Source: Laetmonice hystrix
Lineage: Eukaryota
Length of the DNA: 64,000 nucleotides
Reading direction: 5' to 3'
Assembly (NCBI GenBank): GCA_965235115.1
Contig: OZ249440.1
Coordinates: forward strand, 33,172,001-33,236,000
Under the pieces are notes generated by a model. That model saw only the letters and a program-made list of their open reading frames with translations. It made no database searches and was not told the origin of the DNA. How positions within the stretch are numbered: the stretch's first letter is position 1; every line of letters starts with the position of its first letter. Shown here one piece after another: positions 63,301 to 64,000 of this stretch. A program made the translations under genes and the position numbers.

Positions 63301-63920
63301 GAGTTGTGGCAGGAGGCACACAGCGTGCTCGACTTGGACCTTCTGACGCAAATCCTGATCAAGGAGCACAACCCCAGCCAGCTAGGGCTGCGAGAGAAAT
63401 TCCGATTCACCCAGCTTGTGGCATCATTTCTTGGTGAGTATATTGCAGCTTTTGACGAATTTCCTAAATAAATGGCAAAATAAATAGATGTTTATAGATT
63501 GTAAATAACACCATATTCCTGATATTTCAGTCCACCGCCTGAGAGGAGTGCCTGACAATGAGGTACTAACTTCACTGGAGGCATCGACAAACGTAAGTAA
63601 ACCTAAAATTTTGCAAAACGTATGCTTAGGAACATTCATGGCTGCAGGTTTTGTTGTTTATGTTTCAATATCTCCAACAGGAATGCCCATCTACCATTAG
63701 CCACCCAAAGAGGAGGTGGTCATCCCAGACAAGGGATCTGATCCGGGCAGCATTCAAGGATCAACGGGAACGATTTGGGGCGGCCATAATAAGAAGAGAG
63801 TTGGCCTCCAACCATCTACTGAGGGAGGCAGTGGCCCTGGAGGCTGCTGACTTCAGTAGCAGCCAAAAGGTTAAGTCTGTCGTGGACACTTGCCGTGCCC
63901 TCTTCAAGAGGAAGTCCTAA
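60326..63920 (+). pseudogene. Intron-containing tyrosine recombinase (Crypton-like) gene with a C-terminal Myb/SANT-like domain
   Basis: In order across exons: DNANRAGIL..LT (Arg I), DHKT..GAA (Lys), LLFVTNKG, SNRIRHS (box II Arg) and LADFMCHS..IQKQTY (His/Tyr). In-phase GT-AG junction 60824/60942 and acceptor at 61740. The last exon encodes KRRWS...; AATAAA follows the stop. Contains frameshifts. Confidence 0.75.
62403..62851. mobile_element. MITE with about 85-bp TIRs
   Basis: TGTGCAGGTCTAAACTGACAAC... and its inverted copy, with repeated AAACTGACA motifs. Apparent 5-bp TSD GGCCC (62398-62402, 62852-62856). Confidence 0.8.
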
Positions 63921-63963
63921 AGCAAAGGTAAATAAAGAATGGATCTTTTTTTTTTATTCTGGG

Positions 63964-64000
<37 letters not shown>

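Overview
Eukaryotic, animal-like (probably marine invertebrate) genomic DNA made almost entirely of nested, mostly decayed transposable elements and tandem repeats. I recognise no ordinary host gene, RNA gene or CRISPR array. Main contents: a near-intact young BEL/Pao LTR retrotransposon (21222-28493, 740-bp LTRs, CTGCA TSD) broken only by one MITE; four Gypsy remnants; a 5'-truncated LINE; Harbinger, Kolobok-type and hAT-type MITEs with resolvable TIRs/TSDs; a split DUF6589/Academ-like transposase; a KolobokP-like cassette (DDE transposase plus convergent His-Me finger endonuclease); a Helentron-type element carrying a 146-bp A/B higher-order satellite; a large unclassified CxxH-type DDE transposase; and an intron-containing tyrosine recombinase gene with a C-terminal Myb/SANT-like domain (60-64 kb). 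The most unusual items are the spliced tyrosine recombinase and an in-frame Harbinger transposase/Gypsy integrase chimera (30374-32221). All family assignments come from motif recognition by eye, not database searches.
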